Notes under the pieces: model-generated | The model's input: only the letters and a program-made list of their open reading frames with translations | Database searches by the model: none | Told to the model about the DNA's origin: nothing | From: a virus | Taxonomy: Duplodnaviria > Caudoviricetes | Direction: 5' to 3' (one strand) | IMG/VR virus record: IMGVR_UViG_3300040811_001959 | DNA length: 64,000 nt | Program-made: the position numbers and the translations under genes | Part shown: positions 28,794-38,255 of the stretch, one piece after another | Layout: each line of letters begins with the position of its first letter | Numbering within the stretch: position 1 is the stretch's first letter

Positions 28794-29669
28794 TTAAAAC
28801 TTTTTGTTACGCTGTTTTTTAGCTCTTTTTTGTAAAGATTTTAACATATTGATGTAAGTAGGTCCTGCAGTAACAATGTCATCCATGATTTCGGCTACAG
28901 GAGCGTAAGCCCTAACCATATTACTGGGTATTGCCTTACCTTCTCTTGTGTTTTGTAGGAAATTTTTGATTAATATTAAATTTTCTGGCTTTGCTAATAA
29001 GCGATAATAGGTCAAGTCTTGACTAGTTGTAACAATATCAGGCTTGCTAACGGTTGGTTCAGGATCAGCTTGCCATTGACTTTCTAAATCAAAGTGATTA
29101 ATTAATTTTTCAAAGTCTTCTATTATATCACTGTTACGTAATTTTGCTCGTGCTGCAAATAACAATCTGGTAGCAATGGCTTTTTGCCTACGTTTATCCT
29201 GCTTGTTAAGCTTGCCAACGCTTCTCCTAATTTCTTTGTAATCGCTGTTGTTTATATGAAGGCCATTCTCTAACCTTATAAACATTTGTTGCACCATAAA
29301 GGGCCTATTACCATTTGAAACTTTTGCAAAGTAATCTATTACATCTGGTAATGGTAATGCGGTCGAAGCCTGGGCTCTTTGTGCAGCTTCGAGATCTTTT
29401 AATTTTCCTAATGCATGTTCGTCGCCATTTAAAAAATATAGGAAATTGTAAGCATCAGTGCCGCTTATCTTAAAATGTTTAAAATTATCATATTTTGTGC
29501 GCCTACAATAGTTTTGTACAAAGTGTGTGCTGTAAGGCATTTCACGCATCATTTCTAGCACAAGCATTATTAGATAAAATTTTTCGCAGCAATCATTATA
29601 GGTTAGGGTTTTTTGATTACTCTCATCACGGGTCATTCGACCTTCGTTTAAATCTCTAAGGAAGTCCAT
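28794..29669 (-). CDS. Hypothetical protein (MDFLRDLNEG leader)
   Basis: 291-aa ORF. Confidence 0.55.
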   Translation of the reverse strand: MDFLRDLNEGRMTRDESNQKTLTYNDCCEKFYLIMLVLEMMREMPYSTHFVQNYCRRTKYDNFKHFKISGTDAYNFLYFLNGDEHALGKLKDLEAAQRAQASTALPLPDVIDYFAKVSNGNRPFMVQQMFIRLENGLHINNSDYKEIRRSVGKLNKQDKRRQKAIATRLLFAARAKLRNSDIIEDFEKLINHFDLESQWQADPEPTVSKPDIVTTSQDLTYYRLLAKPENLILIKNFLQNTREGKAIPSNMVRAYAPVAEIMDDIVTAGPTYINMLKSLQKRAKKQRNKKF

Positions 29670-29670
29670 A

Positions 29671-30819
29671 TTATCTTTCTACTGCTCTATTTGCGGCTGT
29701 AAACCCGCCTCTGTCTACTAGCTTAATTGCTCCTTCAGGATGCGCCATTACAAAGCCTTCACCGCCTGGCTTATCGTTTATGTAAGCTTTTACAGGAACA
29801 TCTTGTGCTTCTAGCTGATTAATTATATTGTGTTTTACATTTTGTATACCTGTAACAATTTGCCATAAAGCTGCAACCCCTCCTTGTTGTCGTCCGACAA
29901 ATTCTGCAATTTTTGCTTTTTTGTTTTGACTAACTTTGCTTGTTGATAGCCATTCTAGGAAATCCTTACCTAAATTTTCCATACCTGTATCAACTTTGCT
30001 GTTTACATAGGTATACAAAATATTAGGAAAGTCTGTTATTTTCATTGACGCTAAAGTGTTCTTATCAAGTAAAGAATCTATAGCTGTAGCATTTTTGCTA
30101 GTTAAAGCCTGTAATTTTTTTATTTCAGTATCGTCAACCTGTGGTGCTTCCTGTGCTGTAACAGGAGGCATAACTAGCACTTCGTTGCCTTTAAAGAAAG
30201 TCTCAGGATCAATTTTTAAACTTGTTTCATCACCATTAATATCAATTTCATTATGTATAACTACTGCTGATTTACTTTTAGCAATTTGCATACCAAGGAC
30301 GCTTTTTGCATCTACAGTGTAGGTTACAATGTTAGGCTTAAATGTAAACTTACCTTTTACCAGTAGAGGTGTATTGTAGTAAAGTAAATCTCCTTTAAAA
30401 TAGCCTACGTGATCTCGAGGCGTTGCTTTTTCGTATTCATCGAAGATATCACGCATACTTCCTGCAAACTGTCTATATGAATCTTCAGGTTCAATTCCTC
30501 TGCTTAGTTTCCTATTTAAGATCATTTTTTCTAGATCTTTGGCGCTAGTGCTTTTACCGTCATATCCTTTAGCTGAAAAACCGCTTTTATCTGTTAATAC
30601 AAATTCGCCTTTTTCGTTCCTTCCAAAAATAATAGCAGGAGACCCATCCCACTTTACAGTGACGTCAGTATGTCCGCCTTGTTCGAGATTTTTCAAAGCT
30701 TCGATTGCCCGTGTAGCACCTTTACTTCCTTCCCAGAAGACTATGTCTTCGGCATGCTGGATACGTGCTCCTTCCATTAATGGTATTGAGTTGGACTGAT
30801 AAAATTCAAAAAATCTCAT
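29671..30819 (-). CDS. DUF6267-like protein with KxDG ligase-like motif
   Basis: EGARIQHAED...VTVKWDGSPAIIFG...FKGDLLY...EGFV...IKLVDR. Confidence 0.55.
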   Translation of the reverse strand: MRFFEFYQSNSIPLMEGARIQHAEDIVFWEGSKGATRAIEALKNLEQGGHTDVTVKWDGSPAIIFGRNEKGEFVLTDKSGFSAKGYDGKSTSAKDLEKMILNRKLSRGIEPEDSYRQFAGSMRDIFDEYEKATPRDHVGYFKGDLLYYNTPLLVKGKFTFKPNIVTYTVDAKSVLGMQIAKSKSAVVIHNEIDINGDETSLKIDPETFFKGNEVLVMPPVTAQEAPQVDDTEIKKLQALTSKNATAIDSLLDKNTLASMKITDFPNILYTYVNSKVDTGMENLGKDFLEWLSTSKVSQNKKAKIAEFVGRQQGGVAALWQIVTGIQNVKHNIINQLEAQDVPVKAYINDKPGGEGFVMAHPEGAIKLVDRGGFTAANRAVER

Positions 30820-31550
30820 ATTCCGGCTAGCTCCTTAATACGCTGAATCTCCGTGCTTTCCGGTAGTGTGAGTCTGTCTCTTTCGAATGCAGTGCGAGCA
30901 TCTGCAGTAAGTTGTTCTAGATCGCTTCTTCCTCTAATAGCATCATATATACTGGTAACAGTTTCTAGACTTTTAGCATCATTATTTTTACCAAGTAACA
31001 TTTTTGCTATCTCATCGGGTTGATCTGAAATAACATCGTCAGTTGCCCTATCAAGTAGTCCTCGCAGGTAACTCCATTTCATGCCTTGTGCTTTAGCAAT
31101 ACTTGCTAAAAGTATATGTCTATGTTTACCTTTGTATTGACTGCCACCAGGTTCACCACGCATACTCCATTTTAACCATTCAGGATTTCCAAACATTAAA
31201 TCCGTTTGTACAAATCCTAGTGACTCATCGCCGTTTATTGGTGTTTTAAAGTGTACATTGATGCCGGACTTGGCAATCCATTCTTTTGGATTTTTTCCAT
31301 TTTGTTTACACCAAGCAGATAATTTTTGTACCATTTCATCTTTTGATACATCATCTATGTTGACAGCAACATCTAGATCACCTGAAGTGTCTGCTACGCC
31401 AGTACTACCTAACTTAAAATCATTATGTGGCAATCCTGTAATTTTTTCTAGCCAAGCAAGTGTAGTTTCAACATCAACCCTGTCTATCCTTTTAGTTGCT
31501 AGTGATTTGTCCGGATTTTTAAAAACGTTACCGCCTTCTTTTAAGAGCAT
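30816..31550 (-). CDS. Pol-beta-type nucleotidyltransferase-like protein
   Basis: LGSTGVADTSGDLDVAV (GS...DxD) plus VQTDLMF third acidic residue. Confidence 0.6.
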   Translation of the reverse strand: MLLKEGGNVFKNPDKSLATKRIDRVDVETTLAWLEKITGLPHNDFKLGSTGVADTSGDLDVAVNIDDVSKDEMVQKLSAWCKQNGKNPKEWIAKSGINVHFKTPINGDESLGFVQTDLMFGNPEWLKWSMRGEPGGSQYKGKHRHILLASIAKAQGMKWSYLRGLLDRATDDVISDQPDEIAKMLLGKNNDAKSLETVTSIYDAIRGRSDLEQLTADARTAFERDRLTLPESTEIQRIKELAGI

Positions 31551-31807
31551 TAAAGTTTCCTTTTATTCTCAATTATACGTTGTATGCCTCTTTTAAATTT
31601 ATTTGGATCAGCCGAACGGATACTATTAATAAATCTTTTTTCTAATTCAGCAGCTTCTGCAGGAGTATAATATTCATAAATTAAATTAATCAAATTAATA
31701 GAACTGTTAATAATATTATTAGCTGTTGTATCAATGATTAAATCATTGTTTTTATTTAAAGCAAGATTACTTAATTCTTGCAATATAGATCTAGTTTGTT
31801 TTCGCAT
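31550..31807 (-). CDS. Hypothetical protein
   Basis: 85-aa ORF with GAGG SD. Confidence 0.55.
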   Translation of the reverse strand: MRKQTRSILQELSNLALNKNNDLIIDTTANNIINSSINLINLIYEYYTPAEAAELEKRFINSIRSADPNKFKRGIQRIIENKRKL

Positions 31808-31841
31808 ACACGTATCCTCTTATTGTATTTATTTTAAAATG

Positions 31842-32771
31842 TTACACAAAGAGGCTACTAATAGATTCCTCATTAGTTACACGTCGGATAGCTTCTCCAA
31901 ACAAATTAGCTACACTTACTTGTCTTACCCTACAACCATCTTCACAGTGATCTGCAATCGTATCAGTAATCACTAGCTCAGTTAAAACGCTCTCTCTTAC
32001 TCTAATACAGGCACTGCGACTTAATACACCATGTGTAATGTAGGCCTTTACATCAATTGCACCTGCATCCATAATGGCTTTTGCAGCATTGCATAATGTA
32101 CCTCCACTGTCTACGATATCATCTACTAGGATAGCATGCCGGCCTTCCACATCACCAATTAAATGCATTACTTCACTCTTACCAGCCGCAGGTCTACGCT
32201 TGTCAACAATAGCAATGTTACCATGGAAAGCGTCTGCAAATTTACGAGCACGGACAGCACCGCCTGCGTCTGGACTTACAAACACATACTCACTACTGTC
32301 TTTTTGATGTTCCTTGATATCTCTTGCAAAGATAATCCTACTGGTAAGATCGTCAACAGGAATATCAAAAAACCCTTGTATCTGTCCTGCATGTAAATCC
32401 ATAGTCAGTACACGATCAGCACCTGCTGTAGTAAGTAGGTCAGCAACTAGCTTTGCTGTAATGGGTGTGCGGCTGGCACTCTTGCGGTCTTGTCTAGCAT
32501 ATCCGAAATATGGAATGACTGCTGTAATGCGTTGTGCAGAACTACGTTTAGCCGCATCAATCATAACCATGAGTTCCATTAGGTTATCGTTGACCGGAGT
32601 ACTTGTTGATTGGATTATAAAAACATCTTCTCCTCGGATATTTTCTAAGAATTCTACAGAAGTTTCTCCGTCTGAAAACCTGTCAATCTTAGCCGGTACA
32701 AGTGTACTAAAACTATGCTCTGCAATTGCGTTTGCAAGAGGCTGATTTGAATTTCCTGCGATTAGTTTCAT
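31842..32771 (-). CDS. prs: Ribose-phosphate pyrophosphokinase
   Basis: RFSDGET, PYFGYARQDRK, DLHAGQIQGFF, VSPDAGG, ILVDDIVDSGGTL. Confidence 0.98.
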   Translation of the reverse strand: MKLIAGNSNQPLANAIAEHSFSTLVPAKIDRFSDGETSVEFLENIRGEDVFIIQSTSTPVNDNLMELMVMIDAAKRSSAQRITAVIPYFGYARQDRKSASRTPITAKLVADLLTTAGADRVLTMDLHAGQIQGFFDIPVDDLTSRIIFARDIKEHQKDSSEYVFVSPDAGGAVRARKFADAFHGNIAIVDKRRPAAGKSEVMHLIGDVEGRHAILVDDIVDSGGTLCNAAKAIMDAGAIDVKAYITHGVLSRSACIRVRESVLTELVITDTIADHCEDGCRVRQVSVANLFGEAIRRVTNEESISSLFV

Positions 32772-32798
32772 TATTCTTTAGATTAAGGTTAAATTATT

Positions 32799-32827
32799 AT
32801 AATACTGTAAAAAGTTATTTACGTCAA
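32799..32827 (-). promoter_or_regulatory. Sigma70-type promoter for prs
   Basis: TTGACG-N17-TATTAT. Confidence 0.6.
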
Positions 32828-33198
32828 CCTAATAATATATCAAGGATGTTTTGATTAGATATATCTGCGATCTTGGCACCGCAAGCTTCGGCTTCTTTTG
32901 CAAGCAATTTATGTGCATTGTTGTTACAGATACTTACAAAAAAATCACAGGCCTTAAACCATCCTGCAAGTTCTTGATCAGTTTGATAACTTACAAAGAT
33001 TGTATCAGGTAGGTCGTTAAGTGCGGAATGGGCAAGCACAACACAAGTCGCTCTCGCAGGTAGTTCAAGTTCGCAAAATTCAGCAAGCTGTTCTTCTGCA
33101 CACCCTAGACTAACTGTAATTACTATTGGTCTACCGCAGTACAGTTTCGCAGGATTTTCTCTGTTCCATATCGTACGGTCAATTTCATTATCTTCCAT
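32824..33198 (-). CDS. Small protein resembling a GT-B C-terminal domain (start uncertain)
   Basis: WFKACDFFVS...AKEAEACGAKI; the longer track ORF overlaps plus-strand genes. Confidence 0.3.
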   Translation of the reverse strand: MEDNEIDRTIWNRENPAKLYCGRPIVITVSLGCAEEQLAEFCELELPARATCVVLAHSALNDLPDTIFVSYQTDQELAGWFKACDFFVSICNNNAHKLLAKEAEACGAKIADISNQNILDILLG

Positions 33199-33307
33199 AA
33201 CAAAATATTTATGTTGATTTTTAATTATAGATATTTTATAATGATAAATAGTTTTGTGCATTTGCACAGTTACACACAAACATTTACACACATAGAAGGA
33301 GACACAA

Positions 33308-33481
33308 ATGAACATTGTAACATCAATTTTTGATTGGTTGAATGGCAGCGCCAGTGAGCGAGATCGCGAACTCAAATCTTTCGTAAAATCAGAATATAAA
33401 CATGATTGGGAATATGCTTTTAATACCCTAAAAGAAAGCCGACAGCTACCTCTTCTAGAGGATAGATGGAATGTTAGATAA
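33308..33481 (+). CDS. 57-aa hypothetical protein (not in ORF track)
   Basis: AAGGAG SD; MNIVTSIFDWLNGSASERDRELKSFVKSEYKHDWEYAF. Confidence 0.6.
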   Translation: MNIVTSIFDWLNGSASERDRELKSFVKSEYKHDWEYAFNTLKESRQLPLLEDRWNVR

Positions 33482-33575
33482 GCTACGAGCATTAGGAAAA
33501 CGTTTGCTTGCAGCTATTGAAAAAAGCCAAATGCGTAGGGCTCGTCGTGAGATGGAGCAAGGCGGATGGAGCTAG
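33471..33575 (+). CDS. 34-aa basic amphipathic peptide
   Basis: MLDKLRALGKRLLAAIEKSQMRRARREMEQGGWS, overlapping the previous stop. Confidence 0.4.
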   Translation: MLDKLRALGKRLLAAIEKSQMRRARREMEQGGWS

Positions 33576-33780
33576 ATCAATTTGCTTTTAAAGAAATTGG
33601 TCATAACATACTTGGCCCCAATCGAAACAGTTGGGGCTATGTATATACAATTGCAATATTTGCAAGAGATGATATCATTATTAAAACTATTACACCGAGT
33701 AAAACAAAAATAATTAAAAGATTTAGTTGTTGGAATGACGCTGCAGATTATGTAGAACTGATAAATGCAGATAGACGTTA

Positions 33781-34266
33781 TTAATTTGCATCCACCCACT
33801 GGGCACTTTGGCCATCATCATAATATATTTTAAGCTTACCATCGGCAGAATTCCACCATAAATCTCCTTGACTAGGATTACTAGGGGAATTGTCTGACAC
33901 AATTGCCTGTGCTGAAGCGGTTTGTTGTTGTGGTAAATCAGTTGGTACAAATGCATTAGCAGTTTGATCCCAACTTAGTATTTTTCCTTGTCCATTATCT
34001 GCATCTAATGTAACCGAATTAGAATCAACATCAGTGATATCAAATATCGTTGATATTGAACTGCCTGTAGATAATCCTGCTACAGTATCATTAAGTAATT
34101 TTTCAGTTACAAGAAGGAAGCCTCCTTTAGATTCTTTGTTGAAAAGACGTAGACTATTATTATCGTTATCAAAATATACTTCCCCCCGAGAACCTACATA
34201 TTCTTCAAGGAAATCTGAACCTCGTGGAATAATCCTAATCCTATTTACAATCGGCGATGATGACAT
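33781..34266 (-). CDS. Small virion/fibre-type protein
   Basis: GEVYFDNDNNSLRL and GDLWWNSADGKLKIYY fibre motifs; late box upstream. Confidence 0.6.
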   Translation of the reverse strand: MSSSPIVNRIRIIPRGSDFLEEYVGSRGEVYFDNDNNSLRLFNKESKGGFLLVTEKLLNDTVAGLSTGSSISTIFDITDVDSNSVTLDADNGQGKILSWDQTANAFVPTDLPQQQTASAQAIVSDNSPSNPSQGDLWWNSADGKLKIYYDDGQSAQWVDAN

Positions 34267-34374
34267 AAAAAAATCCTCTTTAGAATATTTATCGTGTAAT
34301 GTTGGTAAATATATTTGACATTTGAAAGCAAATGTTATATATTAATTTTTTTTACACACACAGAGGAGTACAAC

Positions 34375-34674
34375 ATGACCAAAAATAATTATACCAACCA
34401 AACCTTTGACCAAATGAATGATATGATGAAAAACTTCATGCCCGTGGTAAAGCCTAATAAGAATGGATATGAAATCCGGACTAAAGTGCTAGAAATGGCA
34501 CAAAACCAAATGTGGCAAGACTACCATGCAAAATGGGGAGCTTGGGAAACTAAGATCTCTAAGGACGGAGACGAAATTGTTACAGAAGTAAAGATGCCCG
34601 AAGTACCTGGTGTAGAGTCAGTTTTATCAGCAGCAGAAAGAATGTATGCATTCGTCACTGGTAATAATAAATAA
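34375..34674 (+). CDS. Phage hypothetical protein
   Basis: GAGGAG SD, start reassigned to MTKNN; TTGACA at 34315. Confidence 0.65.
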   Translation: MTKNNYTNQTFDQMNDMMKNFMPVVKPNKNGYEIRTKVLEMAQNQMWQDYHAKWGAWETKISKDGDEIVTEVKMPEVPGVESVLSAAERMYAFVTGNNK

Positions 34675-34741
34675 GTTGTAACCAGAAGCCCTAAATAGGA
34701 AACGAGAGCATAGCTCGGGAAATATAAATTTAGCCAAAAAA

Positions 34742-34804
34742 GCCCCTAGCAATTGAATCTAACAGCTCGCTTGAGCGAGGCACTGTTTAACGGTTGTTAG
34801 GGGT
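34742..34804 (+). ncRNA. Candidate structured RNA / long hairpin between convergent genes
   Basis: 13-bp outer stem with G-U pairs, AACAG/CTGTT middle stem, CTCGC-TTGA-GCGAG tip. Confidence 0.4.
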
Positions 34805-34812
34805 TAACCTTT

Positions 34813-35007
34813 TTAAATCTTCAAATATATATCTAATAGAATTGCAAAAAATATTTGTACAAAGAAAAGTATAAAAAGTGTACTGAGAAATTTTCTTGTA
34901 GCACATCCTTTACACACGTCTTTAATCAATCTAATATCGTCTTTTAATTTATCGTACAAAGGCGGCATTAGCTTATTATCACACCATGTGATGATAAAAT
35001 AATCCAA
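34813..35007 (-). CDS. Small membrane protein (start uncertain)
   Basis: C-terminal hydrophobic segment. Confidence 0.35.
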   Translation of the reverse strand: MDYFIITWCDNKLMPPLYDKLKDDIRLIKDVCKGCATRKFLSTLFILFFVQIFFAILLDIYLKI

Positions 35008-35432
35008 GTTTGATTTGTATATAACAAACTTACCGTATCTCCTACCGCATTAAAAGCGATATTAGTTGCTCCAGCAAAAGTTGCTGTTAAATTAACTGTA
35101 TTGTTCTGATAGTTCGTCATAGTGATTACTTTGTATTGACCGTTACTTCCATTTGCCAATGTTACTGTCAATTCACCTGAAGTAGATCCAGTTAGATGTG
35201 TAACGGTTTGAGTAATTGAGCAATCGGCTTTACTATCGCCTGCAGAATCAACTCCGTCGTTAAATGCGATAAAAGATTTAATATTTTTAAAAATATCTTG
35301 CACTGCAATATTAGTAGTCATCCTATTAATATTTCCTTCGCCGTCGTCATCTCGGGCCACGAGCACTAATAAATCATCAGCAGTAAGATTTGGACCTCTG
35401 TAGGGTAGTTCTGAAATTTTTTTATCTGCCAT
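34968..35432 (-). CDS. Probable virion protein
   Basis: MADKKISELP N-terminus typical of fibre-type proteins; beta-rich. Confidence 0.55.
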   Translation of the reverse strand: MADKKISELPYRGPNLTADDLLVLVARDDDGEGNINRMTTNIAVQDIFKNIKSFIAFNDGVDSAGDSKADCSITQTVTHLTGSTSGELTVTLANGSNGQYKVITMTNYQNNTVNLTATFAGATNIAFNAVGDTVSLLYTNQTWIILSSHGVIIS

Positions 35433-35613
35433 ATTTTACCTATAATGTTTCAATAAAATTTTCATCGTGCTGATGGGGTAAGCCTTTTGCACAAAAATCG
35501 CAATGATTAGAAACTGTATTATTTCTCTTAATATTACGAGCTTTTTTTATTTTCTTTTCTCTAAGTTTTTGTTTTTGCATTTTTTTCTTTGTCATTCTTT
35601 TCCTTTATTGTAT

Positions 35614-36339
35614 TTATTTAGGAGTATAGATAACGCCATTAATCATGTACTTAGAATCATACCAATCAAAGTCAGTGCTTGCATGAAGTAATGAACACGG
35701 AAATAAATGAATAGCTCCTATTTCCCATTCGCCTAATGTATCTACTTCAAGGCCATACAACTGCTCAGGTGAAATATGAGATATATGTGGATATTTAGGT
35801 AAAAAATTGCTTATCGGTTTTTTTAAATTATTTTTTAAGGATACTAAATGGGTAATACTTACAGATTTTAATTTTCCTGCAGGTCCTTCAGGAATCTCTA
35901 CTTTAAAATCAAATTTTGATTCTCTGCGATAAAATCGATTGTCTGGCATTAATTTATCAAAATAACATGTAGGTGATGCATTAGTCAAAGGTATTAGAAA
36001 TCTACATATTGGATTATGAATTTTTCTAAAACCACCATCACTGTCGCTATGGACACTATGAGTTGCTGCACCTAAATGTTGTAAGCTTGCATATAAGACA
36101 AGGTTAAAATTAGGAATATCAAATTTTTTTAATAATTTTTGGAAAATATTTTTAAAATTGAAATTGAAACTAAGTTGGTCAAATTCTATTTTATTTACTA
36201 ATTTATTATTATTGTCTGCCAAAGGAGGATAATGATTTTCTGTAAATAAATTTTTTGTTACTTTGGCAGGACAATAGGTAGCACAAAAATTTTCTAAATC
36301 TATTTTCTGAAAATCAGTAATGATTACACGGTTTAACAT
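35614..36339 (-). CDS. Jelly-roll/2OG-oxygenase-like protein
   Basis: SVHSD...LIPL...HLFPCSLLHAS. Confidence 0.45.
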   Translation of the reverse strand: MLNRVIITDFQKIDLENFCATYCPAKVTKNLFTENHYPPLADNNNKLVNKIEFDQLSFNFNFKNIFQKLLKKFDIPNFNLVLYASLQHLGAATHSVHSDSDGGFRKIHNPICRFLIPLTNASPTCYFDKLMPDNRFYRRESKFDFKVEIPEGPAGKLKSVSITHLVSLKNNLKKPISNFLPKYPHISHISPEQLYGLEVDTLGEWEIGAIHLFPCSLLHASTDFDWYDSKYMINGVIYTPK

Positions 36340-37471
36340 AATCTATACCATATAAACTACCTACCAAACTTATGAAGTCTTGTTTTCGGTGTTGTTTAAT
36401 TAAATTGTAATAATCAAAAATTTTTTGTTTCATTTCAAGACTATTTTCATCTGCAAGAGCATTTTTTACAATAGGAAACCAACGTGCCTCAATTATATTT
36501 TTAATATCATTTAATATTAAAAATTTTAGGTGTTCTTGCAAAATTCCAGGGTTACTATAGCCTTTACTTGTAGAACTTTCATGTGTTGCTACATTGATAC
36601 AATAAGGATAATTATATTTTTTACAATATATTAAAAAATGTTTTAAACCTATTGCACTAAAACTGCTCAAGGTAAAATTTAGTGTAAATTTAAATTTATT
36701 TCTTTGTAAAGCAGCAAAATCATTTATTTTTTTTATATTTCTATCAACAATACACCATTTTGCTGGAAACCTTACAAATTCAAATACCTCATCTATTCCA
36801 TCAACACTAATAACAAAATTTACAGATTTAAATTTAATCATATTATTTAAATGATAATCTTTTATAAAAGTTCCATTTGAAACTAATTGTAAATTAACAT
36901 TTTTTAGGCAATCTGCATCAAAATTATCAAGATAACTCCAAAACTTTTTTGCTAGCATTGGCTCACCACCATACAATTCTAAAGTTTTATTTGATGTAGG
37001 ATTAGTTTTGATAAATTTTGTTAAAATGGCTTCTATTTCTTCTTTTTTAAAATAATTGGTTTTGCTTTTTTGTAAATTACGCATCAACGAAAATGACTGA
37101 ACATCTTCATTCCATTTTGTTGAATAATCTGGGCTGCACATGATACATTTTAAATTACAGATATTGCTTAATTTTATTTGTAGATGAGTTGGAAATTCAG
37201 TTGCTTCTTTATAAAATTTATTAGTAGTTATCTCATTTAGCCTTTTTGATTGTCCTATTTTTTTGTCTCTATTATAACACAACGTACAATCTTCTATTGG
37301 TATATTATCCAAGTTTTTTTTCCTAATAGCATCTAATGTATCAGCTTTCCAAAAATCTAAAAAATTATGATTAGGATAATTATACTGTTTGCTACTAACA
37401 CAGCATAATTTAAAATTATTTGGATTTAATTCAACTGAATAAAATGGAACAGGACAATAAGTTTTATTCAT
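36314..37471 (-). CDS. Radical SAM enzyme with N-terminal Cys cluster
   Basis: CNLKCIMC, YGGEPML, SNGT, SVDG; N-terminal YCPVPF...KLCC...CTLC. Confidence 0.9.
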   Translation of the reverse strand: MNKTYCPVPFYSVELNPNNFKLCCVSSKQYNYPNHNFLDFWKADTLDAIRKKNLDNIPIEDCTLCYNRDKKIGQSKRLNEITTNKFYKEATEFPTHLQIKLSNICNLKCIMCSPDYSTKWNEDVQSFSLMRNLQKSKTNYFKKEEIEAILTKFIKTNPTSNKTLELYGGEPMLAKKFWSYLDNFDADCLKNVNLQLVSNGTFIKDYHLNNMIKFKSVNFVISVDGIDEVFEFVRFPAKWCIVDRNIKKINDFAALQRNKFKFTLNFTLSSFSAIGLKHFLIYCKKYNYPYCINVATHESSTSKGYSNPGILQEHLKFLILNDIKNIIEARWFPIVKNALADENSLEMKQKIFDYYNLIKQHRKQDFISLVGSLYGIDYVKPCNHY

Positions 37472-38255
37472 CTAACTTACCACAAATTAAAAATCTAAAT
37501 ACATATTTTGAAGTAATCTTTGAATATCCTTGGGTACAATGTGCCTGATAAGGATTAAAAGTAACTAAATCTCCTAACTGCATTTGATAAATGTTTTCAA
37601 TATGTAATCCTGTCTCCATACCAGGAATGGCCAAAATATGATTCCAGCTATCGTCATCTCCTATCCAAGGATCGGTATTTTTTGGTAATGCATTAAAAAA
37701 TTTATCAAAAAAATCAAAATTATCATAATTGGTTTTTCCATAGAAATCTTCTTGAAATTCTACTCCGCCATAACTATATTCGTAATGTTCTTTGAAAGTT
37801 ATTAAAGTTGAAGAGATTGTGTCTGTTGATAATTCTTCTGTATCAAATGCTAATGGTATTACGCCTATTTTTAAAACACAAAATTCTCTTTCATCATTTG
37901 GATAAAAAGGAAAATGACCATCAATGTGAGGTCTTGTAGGTTCTGGAATAAAACAAACATTACAATTATCAATATGTATTGTTAATGGAAATTTATAATA
38001 ATCTAGTAATTTTTTCTTTAAATTTTCTATTAACTTTTGATTATTGTACAATCTTAATGTAGGAAATCTTCCTTTGATATCATTTTCACAATTTTTTGGC
38101 ATTGTTTGCCATATTTCGAGTAATTCTTTTGAAGAAAGAAAAGATTTTTGAAAAATATTAATTTTATTAGAATATTCTAGTAGGTATTTCTTATGTAAGT
38201 TAATATCATTTTTGCTGATATTGTGTTTTTGGGACCATTGATTGATTTTTTCCAT
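37464..38255 (-). CDS. 2OG-Fe(II) oxygenase-like protein
   Basis: RPHIDG...GVIPL...FNPYQAHCT. Confidence 0.5.
   Translation of the reverse strand: MEKINQWSQKHNISKNDINLHKKYLLEYSNKINIFQKSFLSSKELLEIWQTMPKNCENDIKGRFPTLRLYNNQKLIENLKKKLLDYYKFPLTIHIDNCNVCFIPEPTRPHIDGHFPFYPNDEREFCVLKIGVIPLAFDTEELSTDTISSTLITFKEHYEYSYGGVEFQEDFYGKTNYDNFDFFDKFFNALPKNTDPWIGDDDSWNHILAIPGMETGLHIENIYQMQLGDLVTFNPYQAHCTQGYSKITSKYVFRFLICGKLDE

Noticed and set aside
33199-33492. N-terminal half of the 222-aa track ORF 32824-33492
   Set aside because: Overlaps plus-strand genes with strong SD sequences and has non-protein-like composition.
34742-34804. Known riboswitch
   Set aside because: No recognisable ligand-binding consensus, and it lies 3' of convergent genes rather than in a 5' leader.
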